The notes below the pieces were generated by a model that had not been told where the DNA came from, did not search any database, and worked only from the letters and a program-made list of their open reading frames with translations. A program made the translations under genes and the position numbers. Shown here piece by piece: positions 27,658 through 37,784 of a stretch of DNA of 62,332 bases (position 1 is the first letter of the stretch; each line of letters begins with the position of its first letter). The DNA is from an uncultured Candidatus Saccharibacteria bacterium (GTDB taxonomy: Bacteria > Patescibacteriota > Minisyncoccia > Phycocordibacterales > UBA918). The stretch covers positions 1 to 62,332 of the forward strand of contig CAYGJY010000001.1 of NCBI GenBank assembly GCA_964350645.1, written 5' to 3'.

Positions 27658-29086
27658 TCCCCGATCAGCCGTATCTTTGAGCACTGGAGCATCTCCGTCG
27701 CGGTATAATGCAGCTGTGAGTTCTGATACCCTACAAAAAAAGATTGATGCTACGCCAGTCACTGACGCTCAGCTGTATAAGCAAAAATCATTTGACCCAT
27801 CAAAGCGGGCCGAGGCTTTACTTGATTCTGTGCTCGGAGGTGATTTGTCTGACGCTGTCATTGAAAAGAAATTAAAATCTATTGCTATTGAAGATGCGAA
27901 GCGAGGTAGTAAGGTAGTGCATCATGATTCCGGCCGAACCAAGTCGCGGGTGTTGTTTGTGACTGAGCAGAAGGAGTATCTAGAGGCAGACAGTACAGCT
28001 CAAAATAAGTTGCGTCTTCAGGCGCTGTTATTTGACGAGGTACACGTGCTGGTACTGACCGATTCAGTCAAACATCAAACAACTATTCGCATCGCTGATA
28101 ATGCTTGGGTGTACAAAACTGGTCACCCGCACTGGTGGGGAAAGTCTAATCAGGCAGTGCAATTTGTGGCTGACGAGCTCATGTTTGCTAACTCATTTCG
28201 GCCAGACATTGTTGTTGCTCTCGATCCACTTTGGTCAGGCCTAGTGGCCTTGGCAATTGCACGTGAGTTTGATCGGCGACTGCAAGTGCACGTAACGGAA
28301 GATTATTTTTCCGCTAGCTATCAAACGAAAACCGAGTATTACCGTTGGCATAGACGACTGTTGAAATATATTCTTAAGCGAGCGGATAGCATCTGTGTGA
28401 GCACGGAAAAATTAAAAACTTCTCTCAGCGATAAAGTAAAAAAACTACCACCGCGTAAAGTGTTGCCACACTTCCATAATTTCACTGGTCTCATGAAAGC
28501 GCAGCCAGTAAGTAATTTTCATGATATTTATAAACAGTTTGTATTTATTATGGTGGCGTTTTTGCCCCTGAAAGCAGATAGTCCATTACAAGATGTCTTC
28601 ACTGCTTTTCATGAAATTCTACGCAATCCTCGGATCGGTTTGATTGTGGTAGGGGAAGGTCCAGCCCGCGCTCTGTATGAAGAAAAGGCAGAACTACTTG
28701 GCATTAAAAAGAATGTGGTGTTTTTATCACATTGTGCTGACTTGGCGTCATGCTTGAAGACGGCCGATATTTTAGTTCAAACTGATGTTAGTAAAGAGAG
28801 CGAAGACATCGTGCTCCAGGCAGCAGCGGCTGGTTTGCCACTGCTGATGTATGAAACCGAACTACGTTTAGATTTGTTCAAGGATGGTGAATCAGCAACG
28901 TTGTGTACACCGGGTGATACATTTAGTTTAACCAAAGAAATGAGTAATTTTCTTAATAATCCAGCCCTGCGTGTCCAATACGCTGAAGCGGCCCAGTATA
29001 TGGTATCGACACGTCTCCATGAAGATGAAACATCCTATTACCAAGCCTACCGTGACATTATTGAATTAGGAATTATTACTGAGTAA
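27569..29086 (+). CDS. GT4-like glycosyltransferase with extra N-terminal region (degenerate EX7E)
   Basis: C-terminal VSKESEDIVLQAAAAGLPLLMY. The track start overlaps the upstream gene by 89 nt; in-frame GTG 27716 is a more plausible start. Confidence 0.6.
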   Translation: MRQSALLLPLKRLRLAVYVRGSWLVSGATSPRSAVSLSTGASPSRYNAAVSSDTLQKKIDATPVTDAQLYKQKSFDPSKRAEALLDSVLGGDLSDAVIEKKLKSIAIEDAKRGSKVVHHDSGRTKSRVLFVTEQKEYLEADSTAQNKLRLQALLFDEVHVLVLTDSVKHQTTIRIADNAWVYKTGHPHWWGKSNQAVQFVADELMFANSFRPDIVVALDPLWSGLVALAIAREFDRRLQVHVTEDYFSASYQTKTEYYRWHRRLLKYILKRADSICVSTEKLKTSLSDKVKKLPPRKVLPHFHNFTGLMKAQPVSNFHDIYKQFVFIMVAFLPLKADSPLQDVFTAFHEILRNPRIGLIVVGEGPARALYEEKAELLGIKKNVVFLSHCADLASCLKTADILVQTDVSKESEDIVLQAAAAGLPLLMYETELRLDLFKDGESATLCTPGDTFSLTKEMSNFLNNPALRVQYAEAAQYMVSTRLHEDETSYYQAYRDIIELGIITE

Positions 29087-29090
29087 TATT

Positions 29091-30200
29091 GTGTCTGCTT
29101 CTACTAACAGTCAGCAAAAAGTGTGTGTTGTTATGCGTCAAGCAACGTTAGGAACACATATGGATTATGTGTATGAAATGGCTAGGAGTCTTCGTGAAGA
29201 AGCTGGTGTGCCATTAACACTGCTCCTGGAAAAACCAACTGCCGAACATGTCTGGCCAGCGTGGGTACAGACGCAGCGCTATAACGTTCCGTTATTACGA
29301 GTCCTAGAAAATGTGTATCGATTATTTCACCTTCGACGCAGCGGACACACTGTCTTCTATGTACATTACTCTTTTGTGAGTGTGATATCGGCCGGGTTAG
29401 TAACAAAGTTGTGTGGTGGCACGGTCTACTATTGGAATTGTGGTATGCCTTGGTTATTTAAGCGCGGTCTTTTTGCTCGCTGGTTTGAGTGGTTAGCTTT
29501 CCAGTCCTTCGATTATTTAGTGACAGGAGCTGATGCGTTGGTCCCAGATTATATGCGTACTTATGGCCTTACTCGTGAACAGATCAAGGTTATTCCTAAC
29601 TGGATCGATCTTCAGTCAGTTACTCGCGATCCAGCAATCCGGAAAAGGGTACGTACGCAACTGAAGATTTCTGAGACTGCACCAGTGCTACTTTTTGTTC
29701 ACAAACTCGTAGAGCGTAAAGGGGCACGCTATTTACCCACGATTTTAAAAAACGCGCCAGTTGGTACGCAGTTAGTCATTGCTGGTGACGGGGAAGAGCG
29801 TACGGCATTAGAAGCTGAATTTAACACGCTCGGTTTGTTAGACCGCGTTCATTTTTTAGGGTATGTCGATCGCGGTGAGGTCAACGATGTACTGCAGGCT
29901 GCTGATGTCTTTGTCATGCCATCTGAAGAAGAAGGCTGCCCACACGCTTTGATTGAAGCGATGGCTTACCAGCTGCCGTTTGTGAGTTTTGCGGTTGGCG
30001 GGGTGCGTGATATGGTGGGACCTGATTTAGCAGCGTATGTCTATGAGGTCGGTGATACTGTAGCGATGAATCAAGGGATCCAAAAATTGTTGACCGATAC
30101 GAATGCTTATCATGAAGTCAAAACAGCGAGCAAAGTTGCTGTAGCAAGCTTTGATAAGCCCAACGTGTTACACCGCTTTAAAGCCCTTCTGACTGGCTGA
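29091..30200 (+). CDS. glycosyltransferase family 4
   Basis: PSEEEGCPHALIEAMAYQLPFVSF (EX7E); GTG start. Confidence 0.8.
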   Translation: MSASTNSQQKVCVVMRQATLGTHMDYVYEMARSLREEAGVPLTLLLEKPTAEHVWPAWVQTQRYNVPLLRVLENVYRLFHLRRSGHTVFYVHYSFVSVISAGLVTKLCGGTVYYWNCGMPWLFKRGLFARWFEWLAFQSFDYLVTGADALVPDYMRTYGLTREQIKVIPNWIDLQSVTRDPAIRKRVRTQLKISETAPVLLFVHKLVERKGARYLPTILKNAPVGTQLVIAGDGEERTALEAEFNTLGLLDRVHFLGYVDRGEVNDVLQAADVFVMPSEEEGCPHALIEAMAYQLPFVSFAVGGVRDMVGPDLAAYVYEVGDTVAMNQGIQKLLTDTNAYHEVKTASKVAVASFDKPNVLHRFKALLTG

Positions 30201-30212
30201 ATATATTTATTT

Positions 30213-31004
30213 ATGAAACCGACTGTTTGTTACATTAGTAGTGCTAGTCATAGCGGCTCGACTGTCCTTGATTTACTGCTAACCGATCGCCTCCAAGCCA
30301 TTGGCTTAGGTGAAGTGGCTTCAGTTTTGAATAATAAACAGACTAATCAAGAAGCGACACACGAACAGTGTGCGTGTGGATTTTTGATGACCCGGTGTTC
30401 TTTCTGGAGTCAGCTGCCTGCCGATCAGAGCGAGCCGTCGATTTCGGCAAAGCAACTCATTGAAAAATATCGTCAAGTGTTTACCTTGGTCGCTTCAGTG
30501 AATCAATCAGTTTTGATTGATTCTTCGAAGAGTCTGAGCGCTCTAACTGCCCTGAAAGAATTACAAGCAACGGGTGAGTGTACACTGAAAGTGATCTACC
30601 TTAAGCGCGACATCAGAGGCTGGGTAACCTCGATGAAACACGTGGCGCGTCGTGATGGCGATCGGTTGTTTTTGATCACCTTGCGGCGGATTTTAAATTG
30701 GGTAAGCATCAATCAAGAAATGACTAGGTATCTATCTGGCAACCGCCTTGACTATCTACCGGTACAGTATGAGAATTTGGTGGCTGACACGGATGCTGTG
30801 GTAAAGCGAATTAGACAGTTTGTTGCAGCTGCAGGGAATCAATCGTCATTTCATCAAGCCTTTGGTAACCGTGCTAAAAATAAGTTTAACCCCGCTGAAC
30901 CCCTGGTGCTTGATCAACGCTGGAAGGATGATTGGACAACTAGAATACTGGTCGGTCTGCTTTCACCGGGTATTTTTGTATATAATTGGTTACTTAAGAT
31001 GTAG
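30213..31004 (+). CDS. sulfotransferase-family protein
   Basis: 5'-PSB-like loop YISSASHSGSTVLDLLL, 3'-PB-like IYLKRDIRGWVTS, and late YENLVADTDAVVKRIRQFV, as in PAPS-dependent sulfotransferases. Confidence 0.65.
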   Translation: MKPTVCYISSASHSGSTVLDLLLTDRLQAIGLGEVASVLNNKQTNQEATHEQCACGFLMTRCSFWSQLPADQSEPSISAKQLIEKYRQVFTLVASVNQSVLIDSSKSLSALTALKELQATGECTLKVIYLKRDIRGWVTSMKHVARRDGDRLFLITLRRILNWVSINQEMTRYLSGNRLDYLPVQYENLVADTDAVVKRIRQFVAAAGNQSSFHQAFGNRAKNKFNPAEPLVLDQRWKDDWTTRILVGLLSPGIFVYNWLLKM

Positions 31005-31010
31005 TTGCAT

Positions 31011-32126
31011 ATGGAAATACAGAAATTAATTTATGTTAATCCTACGAGATTTCCTACAGAAAGAGCTCATGGGATTCAGGTTGGACATATGTGCTCAGCG
31101 TTTTCTGCTCAGAGCATTGATGTTTGTATGGTTTCACCAAAATCGAGGAGGGCTATAAAGATTGAACCGTTTGAGTATTATAATTTAGATAATAGATTTA
31201 AATTAAAAAACGTTGCTGGGAACTTTTTTCCACCAAGGTACAAATTGGGTCTAATAATAAACGTTTTAATTTTCGCTTTTTCTGCTTATATTTATATTCG
31301 CAAGTCCGATGTTGGTTCTATAATATATTCACGCGATGAATATGTTCTAGCAGTTATTTCTCTGCTTGCACCAAGACGTAAATTAGTTTGGGAATCACAT
31401 GAAGCAAAATATAATTTTGCTGCTAGATTTCTATTTAAGAAGAACATAAAAGTGATTGTTATTTCAGAGGGGATTAAAAAGTTTTATATTGACTGTGGAA
31501 TCTCTGTAGAGAAATTATGTGTGGCACACGATGCAATTGATGATTCATTTTTTGCGCAGACTGAATCTAGAGAAATTATGAGAAAGAAATTAGGAATTTC
31601 AGTTTCAAAGCCTGTCGTTATGTATATTGGTGGGCTCGATATATGGAAAGGGGTGGAGACATTATTTGAAGTGTCTAAGCTATCAAATGATTTTCAAGTT
31701 GTCGTTATAGGAGGTCGCTTAGAAGAAGTAGACAGATATTCGCGGCGATACCCAAAAATTATTTTTTTGGGTTTTAAACCATATAGCGAGTTGCCAAATA
31801 ATCAACAAGTAGCTGATGTTTTGGTAATACCAAACACCGGAAAAAGTAGTCTTGCTGCTCTATATACATCCCCCTTGAAACTTTTTGCTCACATGACTTC
31901 AAATATTCCAATTGTTGCCTCTGATGTCCCTAGTCTTAAAAGTGTATTAAAAGACACAGGAATTTATTTTCAGGCTGATGAGCCTAATTCGTTGTTGGAA
32001 TCTTTGAACTACGTAATTAATAATAGATTTGCTGCTTCGGAAAAAGCAAAGGCTGCATTCGATATGAGTTTGGCTTATACATGGAAATTTAGGGCAAAGA
32101 AAATATTAAATTTTATAGCATCTTAA
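31011..32126 (+). CDS. glycosyltransferase family 4 (low-GC)
   Basis: GT-B layout with C-terminal YTSPLKLFAHMTSNIPIVAS. The track start is TTG 31005. Confidence 0.7.
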   Translation: MEIQKLIYVNPTRFPTERAHGIQVGHMCSAFSAQSIDVCMVSPKSRRAIKIEPFEYYNLDNRFKLKNVAGNFFPPRYKLGLIINVLIFAFSAYIYIRKSDVGSIIYSRDEYVLAVISLLAPRRKLVWESHEAKYNFAARFLFKKNIKVIVISEGIKKFYIDCGISVEKLCVAHDAIDDSFFAQTESREIMRKKLGISVSKPVVMYIGGLDIWKGVETLFEVSKLSNDFQVVVIGGRLEEVDRYSRRYPKIIFLGFKPYSELPNNQQVADVLVIPNTGKSSLAALYTSPLKLFAHMTSNIPIVASDVPSLKSVLKDTGIYFQADEPNSLLESLNYVINNRFAASEKAKAAFDMSLAYTWKFRAKKILNFIAS

Positions 32127-32128
32127 TT

Positions 32129-33670
32129 ATGGAGTCAGTTTTAAAGTACGACATATGTATTGTTGGGGCAGGTATGATGGGGCTTGCAATGGCTAACGAA
32201 ATGAAAGAATCTGGGAAAAAGATTTGTGTAATTGAATCAGGCTTTACTAGTTCAGTGAGTAAGCAAAAAAAAGTACTCAGCACTGACTTGGTTTTAAAAA
32301 ACAATACCAGAGAGCGTGGTCTGGGCGGCTCGACTCAAACATGGTGGGGTTTAACTGGCTTACTAGATAGTTTAGATTTGATGAATTTAGAAAATCCTGT
32401 AGTTGATATGTGGCCTATTAAGTATTCAGTTTTACAGCAGTACTGCAAAATAGCGGCTGGTAAATATGATTTCCCCCCATTAGAGATCTTTCTTGACGAA
32501 GAATATAAAAGAACTTTAATTACAAGTGAGGATACATTGGTCGGTGAGGTTTTTGCAGCAAAAAAACCAGTAAGATTTGCTGAAAAATATTCGAATCTTT
32601 TTGAAAGAGATAATGTCGATTTAATAAATAATACGACTGTTGCAGAGGTTTCAGCTAAAGTATGTGGTCGGGTTGATGGAGTAAAGTGCTTAAGAAAGGA
32701 TGGAGCTAACATAAAAGAAATTTATGTTGAAGCAAAAATTGTTGTTTTGACTGCGGGTGGTATTGAGAATTCAAGAATTCTCCTCAACTCAAAAAACTTT
32801 TTCACATTAAATCCACAGGCTCCCAGAAATGTAGTCGGCAGATTTATCATGAATCATCCAAAAGGTTTTTATGGGTTTATCAATAATGTTGATTATAAAA
32901 AACTCAAAGCTCATTTGGTTAAGGTTGAAAATGGGATTAAGTCATATATTGGCATTGCACTAAGTCAGGAAGAGCGAAAAAGACTTGGTTTGTCACATTC
33001 ATATGTTCAACTTGTTCCTGAGTACCCGTGGTTGAGTAATAATACTTTTTTGTATTTAGTCAACCAAAAAAATAAATTCTTAAAGATTTCTGTTAAAGAA
33101 AAAGAGGGTTTTTCTGCGTATAATGAAAAAAAGAAAAATTGGGACCTTTTGGATCTTATCCAAGGATTGTATTATTTTGTACATTTAAGTTTACTCAAGA
33201 TATGTAAATTAGAACCTTCATTCAAGAATGTTAGAATTAGAAATTATATAGATATTGCCTCTAGGTATGAAAATTGCATTAGTCTTTCTACCGAACTTGA
33301 TGAGTATGGAATGCCGATTCCTGAATATAATATTAAAATTTCAGAACACGACAAAAAATCTTTGATAAAAATTCATACTGAACTAAAAAAAATTTGTGAA
33401 ATAAAAAATTTAGGTAAGTACGTTGGTGATTTATCTTCTGAAAAGCTCTGGCCTATTGCAACAGATGCAGCCCACCATATGGGGGGCGCACGCATGGGAG
33501 TTAATTCTAAAACATCTGTTGTCGATGCTGATTTAAAGATGCATGGGATTGAGAATCTTTACGTGGCTGGTACGTCAGCAATGCCAACAGGTGGTAATAT
33601 CAATCCATCGTTGGTAGGATTGGCATTATCAGTAAGATTAGCGGAACACTTAAATGAAAGCTTTATATAA
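32129..33670 (+). CDS. GMC-family FAD-dependent oxidoreductase
   Basis: YDICIVGAGMMGLAMA dinucleotide fold and C-terminal HHMGGARMG ... LYVAGTSAMPTGGNINPS. Confidence 0.8.
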   Translation: MESVLKYDICIVGAGMMGLAMANEMKESGKKICVIESGFTSSVSKQKKVLSTDLVLKNNTRERGLGGSTQTWWGLTGLLDSLDLMNLENPVVDMWPIKYSVLQQYCKIAAGKYDFPPLEIFLDEEYKRTLITSEDTLVGEVFAAKKPVRFAEKYSNLFERDNVDLINNTTVAEVSAKVCGRVDGVKCLRKDGANIKEIYVEAKIVVLTAGGIENSRILLNSKNFFTLNPQAPRNVVGRFIMNHPKGFYGFINNVDYKKLKAHLVKVENGIKSYIGIALSQEERKRLGLSHSYVQLVPEYPWLSNNTFLYLVNQKNKFLKISVKEKEGFSAYNEKKKNWDLLDLIQGLYYFVHLSLLKICKLEPSFKNVRIRNYIDIASRYENCISLSTELDEYGMPIPEYNIKISEHDKKSLIKIHTELKKICEIKNLGKYVGDLSSEKLWPIATDAAHHMGGARMGVNSKTSVVDADLKMHGIENLYVAGTSAMPTGGNINPSLVGLALSVRLAEHLNESFI

Positions 33671-34118
33671 ATTTTTTAATAGAATTTCGGTCTTTATTTC
33701 AAGTAAATTCCATACTTATTTATTTAAAGATTGTGGCAAAAAATTAAGAGTTAATGGAAGAATTAAAGTGTCTGCCCCTGAAAAAATTTCGGTTGGATCT
33801 TTTACTAGTATTAGCGATGGAGTGTATTTAAGTGGCAAAGGTGGATTGGAGATAGGATCTTGGGTTAATATTTCAAATCACGCAAGCATTAATTCAGCAG
33901 GCCTAGTTCTTGAAGGGAAGCTCGGAAACAGACAGCACTTTTTTAAAAGAGTTATCTTAGAAGATGGGTGTTGGATTGGAGCTGGGGCGATAGTATTAGC
34001 AGGAGTAAAAATTGGAGCCAATGCAGTTGTTGGAGCCGGTTCAGTTGTTACGAAAGATGTGCCAGCTGATACAGTAGTTGTTGGTTCACCAGCGCGGGTT
34101 ATCAAATCTATAGAATAA
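33654..34118 (+). CDS. hexapeptide-repeat (LbH) acetyltransferase
   Basis: GAGAIVLAGVKIGANAVVGAGSVVTKDVPADTVVVGSPARVIK. Confidence 0.8.
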   Translation: MKALYKFFNRISVFISSKFHTYLFKDCGKKLRVNGRIKVSAPEKISVGSFTSISDGVYLSGKGGLEIGSWVNISNHASINSAGLVLEGKLGNRQHFFKRVILEDGCWIGAGAIVLAGVKIGANAVVGAGSVVTKDVPADTVVVGSPARVIKSIE

Positions 34119-34126
34119 TTATTACA

Positions 34127-34798
34127 ATGAAAAAAAATCTACAGCATTGGCTTACAAAGAAACTCTCGCAGCCAGATATTGAGAGGTTATGTATTGAAGA
34201 GGCAACAACAGAGGATAAAAAGGTTTTGATTGTACATTCTGATGATATGGCTTATGACTATTGCTTTCCCAGGCATGATAAAGCTAATACCAAAAAACTT
34301 GAAGGTGTGAGCATTATTGCCAAAGCATATTATGAGCACATTCCAGTTCCTGACAACTCCTATGATGCAATTATTTGTACAGGTCTTTTAGAACATGTCC
34401 CCGACCCCCAAAAAGTATTGAAAGAGTTTAATAGAATATTGACGAAGGGTGGCAAAGTCGTTTTATCAGCAAGTTATGCGTTCTCAACGCATAATGCTCC
34501 AGACAATTATTTTCACTTCACAGTCTATGGCATGAGGTTGCTTTTAGAGAGTGCAGATTTTTCTATTGAAAGAGTTAAGCCTTCGTGTAGACCATTTCGG
34601 ACTCTAGCAATCTTACTTCAGCGAATTTGTTACCAGACTGATATGATGATGCCAGTTAAAGTACTTTTCTTCTTAGTGGCTAAGATTATTCCACTGTTCG
34701 ATAACTTTATTAGGAAAGATTACGGAAGTATTGACAAAGATATTCAAATGGAAAGTTCTCTTTATTCAAATGTCCAAGCAGTTGCTTTAAAAATTTAA
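34127..34798 (+). CDS. class I SAM-dependent methyltransferase
   Basis: YDAIICTGLLEHVPDPQKVLKEFNRILTKGGKVVL. Confidence 0.75.
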   Translation: MKKNLQHWLTKKLSQPDIERLCIEEATTEDKKVLIVHSDDMAYDYCFPRHDKANTKKLEGVSIIAKAYYEHIPVPDNSYDAIICTGLLEHVPDPQKVLKEFNRILTKGGKVVLSASYAFSTHNAPDNYFHFTVYGMRLLLESADFSIERVKPSCRPFRTLAILLQRICYQTDMMMPVKVLFFLVAKIIPLFDNFIRKDYGSIDKDIQMESSLYSNVQAVALKI

Positions 34799-34803
34799 TC
34801 TGT

Positions 34804-36030
34804 TTAAAATTCTTCTGTTTTGAAGGCCCACAATAAGATGAGAAACCTAAAAAACATTGCTAACACTATGCCTATAGCCACACCTGTAAGGCCTGAATAT
34901 ATTATCCCGGCAGAGACTAAAATAATTCGTACTGTCAGAGTCAATATATTTATTGCATAGAGTTTTTTTTCATTTGAGTAGAAAACTAAAGCTTGATAGA
35001 TCAAAAATATACTTGAAAAAGGCAGCATCCATATAATTATTTGGGTTAATAATACTGATTCAGGGTATTGTGGGAATAGTAATGGCAAAACAAAAGGTGC
35101 TGCTATTACGTATAGCAAAGAAATAAAACTAAATATACTAAATAAACTGACTGTCTTGCTGTACAAAATTTTTTTAATTTTAGTTTTGTCGATCTCCGTA
35201 ATTTTTGGTAATGCAAGTATTCGAAGCATTTTTTGAATTCTGGTCATTTCTCTAACTGGTAGGGCGGCGAGTGCATATGTGGCTAGTGCGGTGGCACCTA
35301 AAATATTAAAAATTAGTAACTGGTGAACCATTTTTTCAAATTCAACAATTGAAATATTTGTACTCCTGTGTAACGCTTTTGTGGGACTTTGATTGACCAG
35401 CTGTGCTACGTGTTCATTCCGGGTCATTTTTATGGCGATGTATAGTAAAATTCCACTTACTACTATATTTGATAATAAATATATTGATACTAATTGAGTT
35501 ATATTGCTGATGGTAAATATAGCAAGAATTATAAAAACTGTGGGTATTAAGCTATAGATCGAGTCAAATATTGCTTGCTTCTTAAATTCTTTACGTGCTG
35601 TAAAGATAGTACTGTAAAAGGAAAATCCCTTGAAAAAGGGAAATGTAACTGCTGCTATAAGTATAGAGATTCCTAAGGCCTCACCAGCTGAATAAAAATA
35701 ATAAATTGAAATAAGTAAACCGACTCCAGCAATTGGAAGCGCATAAACTATAAATTTAGTTATATTATTTATTAATACATTACTTTCTTTATTTCTAACT
35801 CCTTGGATAATGCTGTACTGAACGCCTCGCAGGGAGAAAATACTGAATAGAGTAATTAGAGTTAGAATAAACTGATACTGTCCGAAAAGTTCCTTATCTA
35901 GATAATTTGCAAATGCATAAGCTGTGGCTAGACCACAAAGTATGCCGACTAGACTCGCAGCCGATAGATTACTTAGGCCATTAATTAAATATGAGTTTTT
36001 TCGGATAAAAGTATTTATTTTTTTATTCAT
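34804..36030 (-). CDS. Wzx-like oligosaccharide flippase (MOP superfamily)
   Basis: 408 aa, about 12 hydrophobic segments, in a glycan-locus context. No sharper motif was recognised. Confidence 0.6.
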   Translation of the reverse strand: MNKKINTFIRKNSYLINGLSNLSAASLVGILCGLATAYAFANYLDKELFGQYQFILTLITLFSIFSLRGVQYSIIQGVRNKESNVLINNITKFIVYALPIAGVGLLISIYYFYSAGEALGISILIAAVTFPFFKGFSFYSTIFTARKEFKKQAIFDSIYSLIPTVFIILAIFTISNITQLVSIYLLSNIVVSGILLYIAIKMTRNEHVAQLVNQSPTKALHRSTNISIVEFEKMVHQLLIFNILGATALATYALAALPVREMTRIQKMLRILALPKITEIDKTKIKKILYSKTVSLFSIFSFISLLYVIAAPFVLPLLFPQYPESVLLTQIIIWMLPFSSIFLIYQALVFYSNEKKLYAINILTLTVRIILVSAGIIYSGLTGVAIGIVLAMFFRFLILLWAFKTEEF

Positions 36031-36134
36031 CGTACTTGGGCATGATTGATTTCTGGTTTATCTTGGTATGTATTGTAACCTTAGTTTATCTGCTATAGTT
36101 TTTAAGTTTATAACACTTTTTTCAAATCACCAGA

Positions 36135-37781
36135 ATGCGCAAGTCATCAAATTTACTTAATCTTAAACGCTTTAACCTAAAAGACCGTCAGCTGTTCGAT
36201 CTTGAATTACTGATGGTGGGCGGATTTGCGCCACTTGAAGGTTTTATGAATGAAACTGAGTATCAATCGGTTGTTAGTGATATGCGCTTGGGAGATGGGT
36301 CATTGTTTCCCATTCCGATTGTGCTTGATATTCCAGACAGCGCCGACTTTGCCGAGGGTGAGTCGATTCTACTCTGTGACCCGTTTGGTAATCCTTTGGC
36401 AACGATGGAAGTGAACTCTCGCTATCAACCAAATAAACTTAGGGAAGCAGAAGCAGTATATGGCACGACGGATATGCTGCACCCTGGTGTGCGCTACCTA
36501 CTGAACCAAATGCACGACACATACATTGGTGGCAAGATCACTAAACTTCAGCTTGAGTCGAGACATGACTTCAAAGATCTCCGTTACACACCAGCAGAAC
36601 TCAAAGCTGTGTTTAAAGAGAAAGGTTGGGATACGGTAGTTGCATTCCAGACGCGCAATCCAATGCACCGAGTTCACTTTGAGCTCGTGAAGCGTGCCCA
36701 TGAGAAAACTGGTGCTCCGGTATTGGTTCATCCGGTTGTTGGTATGACTCGGGAAGGGGATATTGATTATATTACTCGGGTACATACGTATCGAGTGGTG
36801 TGTGAAAAATATGGTAAGGATTTTACCTTCTTAGCACTTTTGCCGCTGGCGATGAGAATGGCTGGACCGCGCGAAGCACTGTGGCATATGATCGTGCGGA
36901 AGAATTATGGGGCGACGCACTTTATTGTGGGTCGAGATCATGCTGGTCCAGGTAAAGATAGCAATGGAAAGCCATTTTACGAACCGTATGAAGCACGTGA
37001 TATTGCGGAGAAATATGCAACTGAAATTGGGATAGAGGTAGTGCCGAGTGATGAGCTCGCATACTCTGCTAAGCGTGAGGAGTATGTCAGCACTGACCAG
37101 TTAGAGACTGACGAAGAAGTGCTTGGAATTTCCGGTACAGAATTTCGTCAGAAACTTTTTGCTGGTGAGGCTATTCCAGAATGGTTCTCATTTCCTGAAA
37201 GTATTTCTGAGTTACAAGTTGGTGTAGCAAAACAAAAGCGCCGTGGAGTAACAATTTTTTTCACGGGCTTGTCTGGTGCAGGGAAATCGACTATCGCCAA
37301 TATTGTTGCGGGCAAGCTGCTCGAAATGCAAGACCGAGAAATTACGCTACTCGACGGTGATGTTATTCGGAATCATTTAACCTCTGAGCTTGGTTTTTCC
37401 AAGGAACATCGCGACTTGAATGTACAGCGGGTAGGGTATGTTGCCAGTGAAATAACAAAACATGGAGGAATCGCTGTGTGTTCACTGATTGCTCCGTACC
37501 AGCAGGCCCGGGACAAAGCCCGCGAAATGGTGGAAGAGCGGGGGACATTTGTCGAAGTCTTCGTTTCGACACCACTTGCTGTATGTGAAGAGCGAGACGT
37601 GAAGGGTCTGTACAAAAAAGCTCGCAAGGGTCTCATTAAGCAATTCACGGGGATTGATGACCCGTATGAAGAACCGATTCGAGCAGAGTTAGTGATTGAC
37701 GCAAGCTTGGATGATCCTGGAAAAAATGCTGATAAGGTTATTGAGTACTTGGTGCAAAAGACTATTGTTTCCAGTAGATAA
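36135..37781 (+). CDS. bifunctional sulfate adenylyltransferase / adenylylsulfate kinase (PAPS synthase)
   Basis: ATP-sulfurylase motifs FQTRNPMHRVHFEL and VGRDHAGPG, followed by the APS-kinase P-loop FFTGLSGAGKSTIA. Confidence 0.92.
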   Translation: MRKSSNLLNLKRFNLKDRQLFDLELLMVGGFAPLEGFMNETEYQSVVSDMRLGDGSLFPIPIVLDIPDSADFAEGESILLCDPFGNPLATMEVNSRYQPNKLREAEAVYGTTDMLHPGVRYLLNQMHDTYIGGKITKLQLESRHDFKDLRYTPAELKAVFKEKGWDTVVAFQTRNPMHRVHFELVKRAHEKTGAPVLVHPVVGMTREGDIDYITRVHTYRVVCEKYGKDFTFLALLPLAMRMAGPREALWHMIVRKNYGATHFIVGRDHAGPGKDSNGKPFYEPYEARDIAEKYATEIGIEVVPSDELAYSAKREEYVSTDQLETDEEVLGISGTEFRQKLFAGEAIPEWFSFPESISELQVGVAKQKRRGVTIFFTGLSGAGKSTIANIVAGKLLEMQDREITLLDGDVIRNHLTSELGFSKEHRDLNVQRVGYVASEITKHGGIAVCSLIAPYQQARDKAREMVEERGTFVEVFVSTPLAVCEERDVKGLYKKARKGLIKQFTGIDDPYEEPIRAELVIDASLDDPGKNADKVIEYLVQKTIVSSR

Positions 37782-37784
37782 CAT

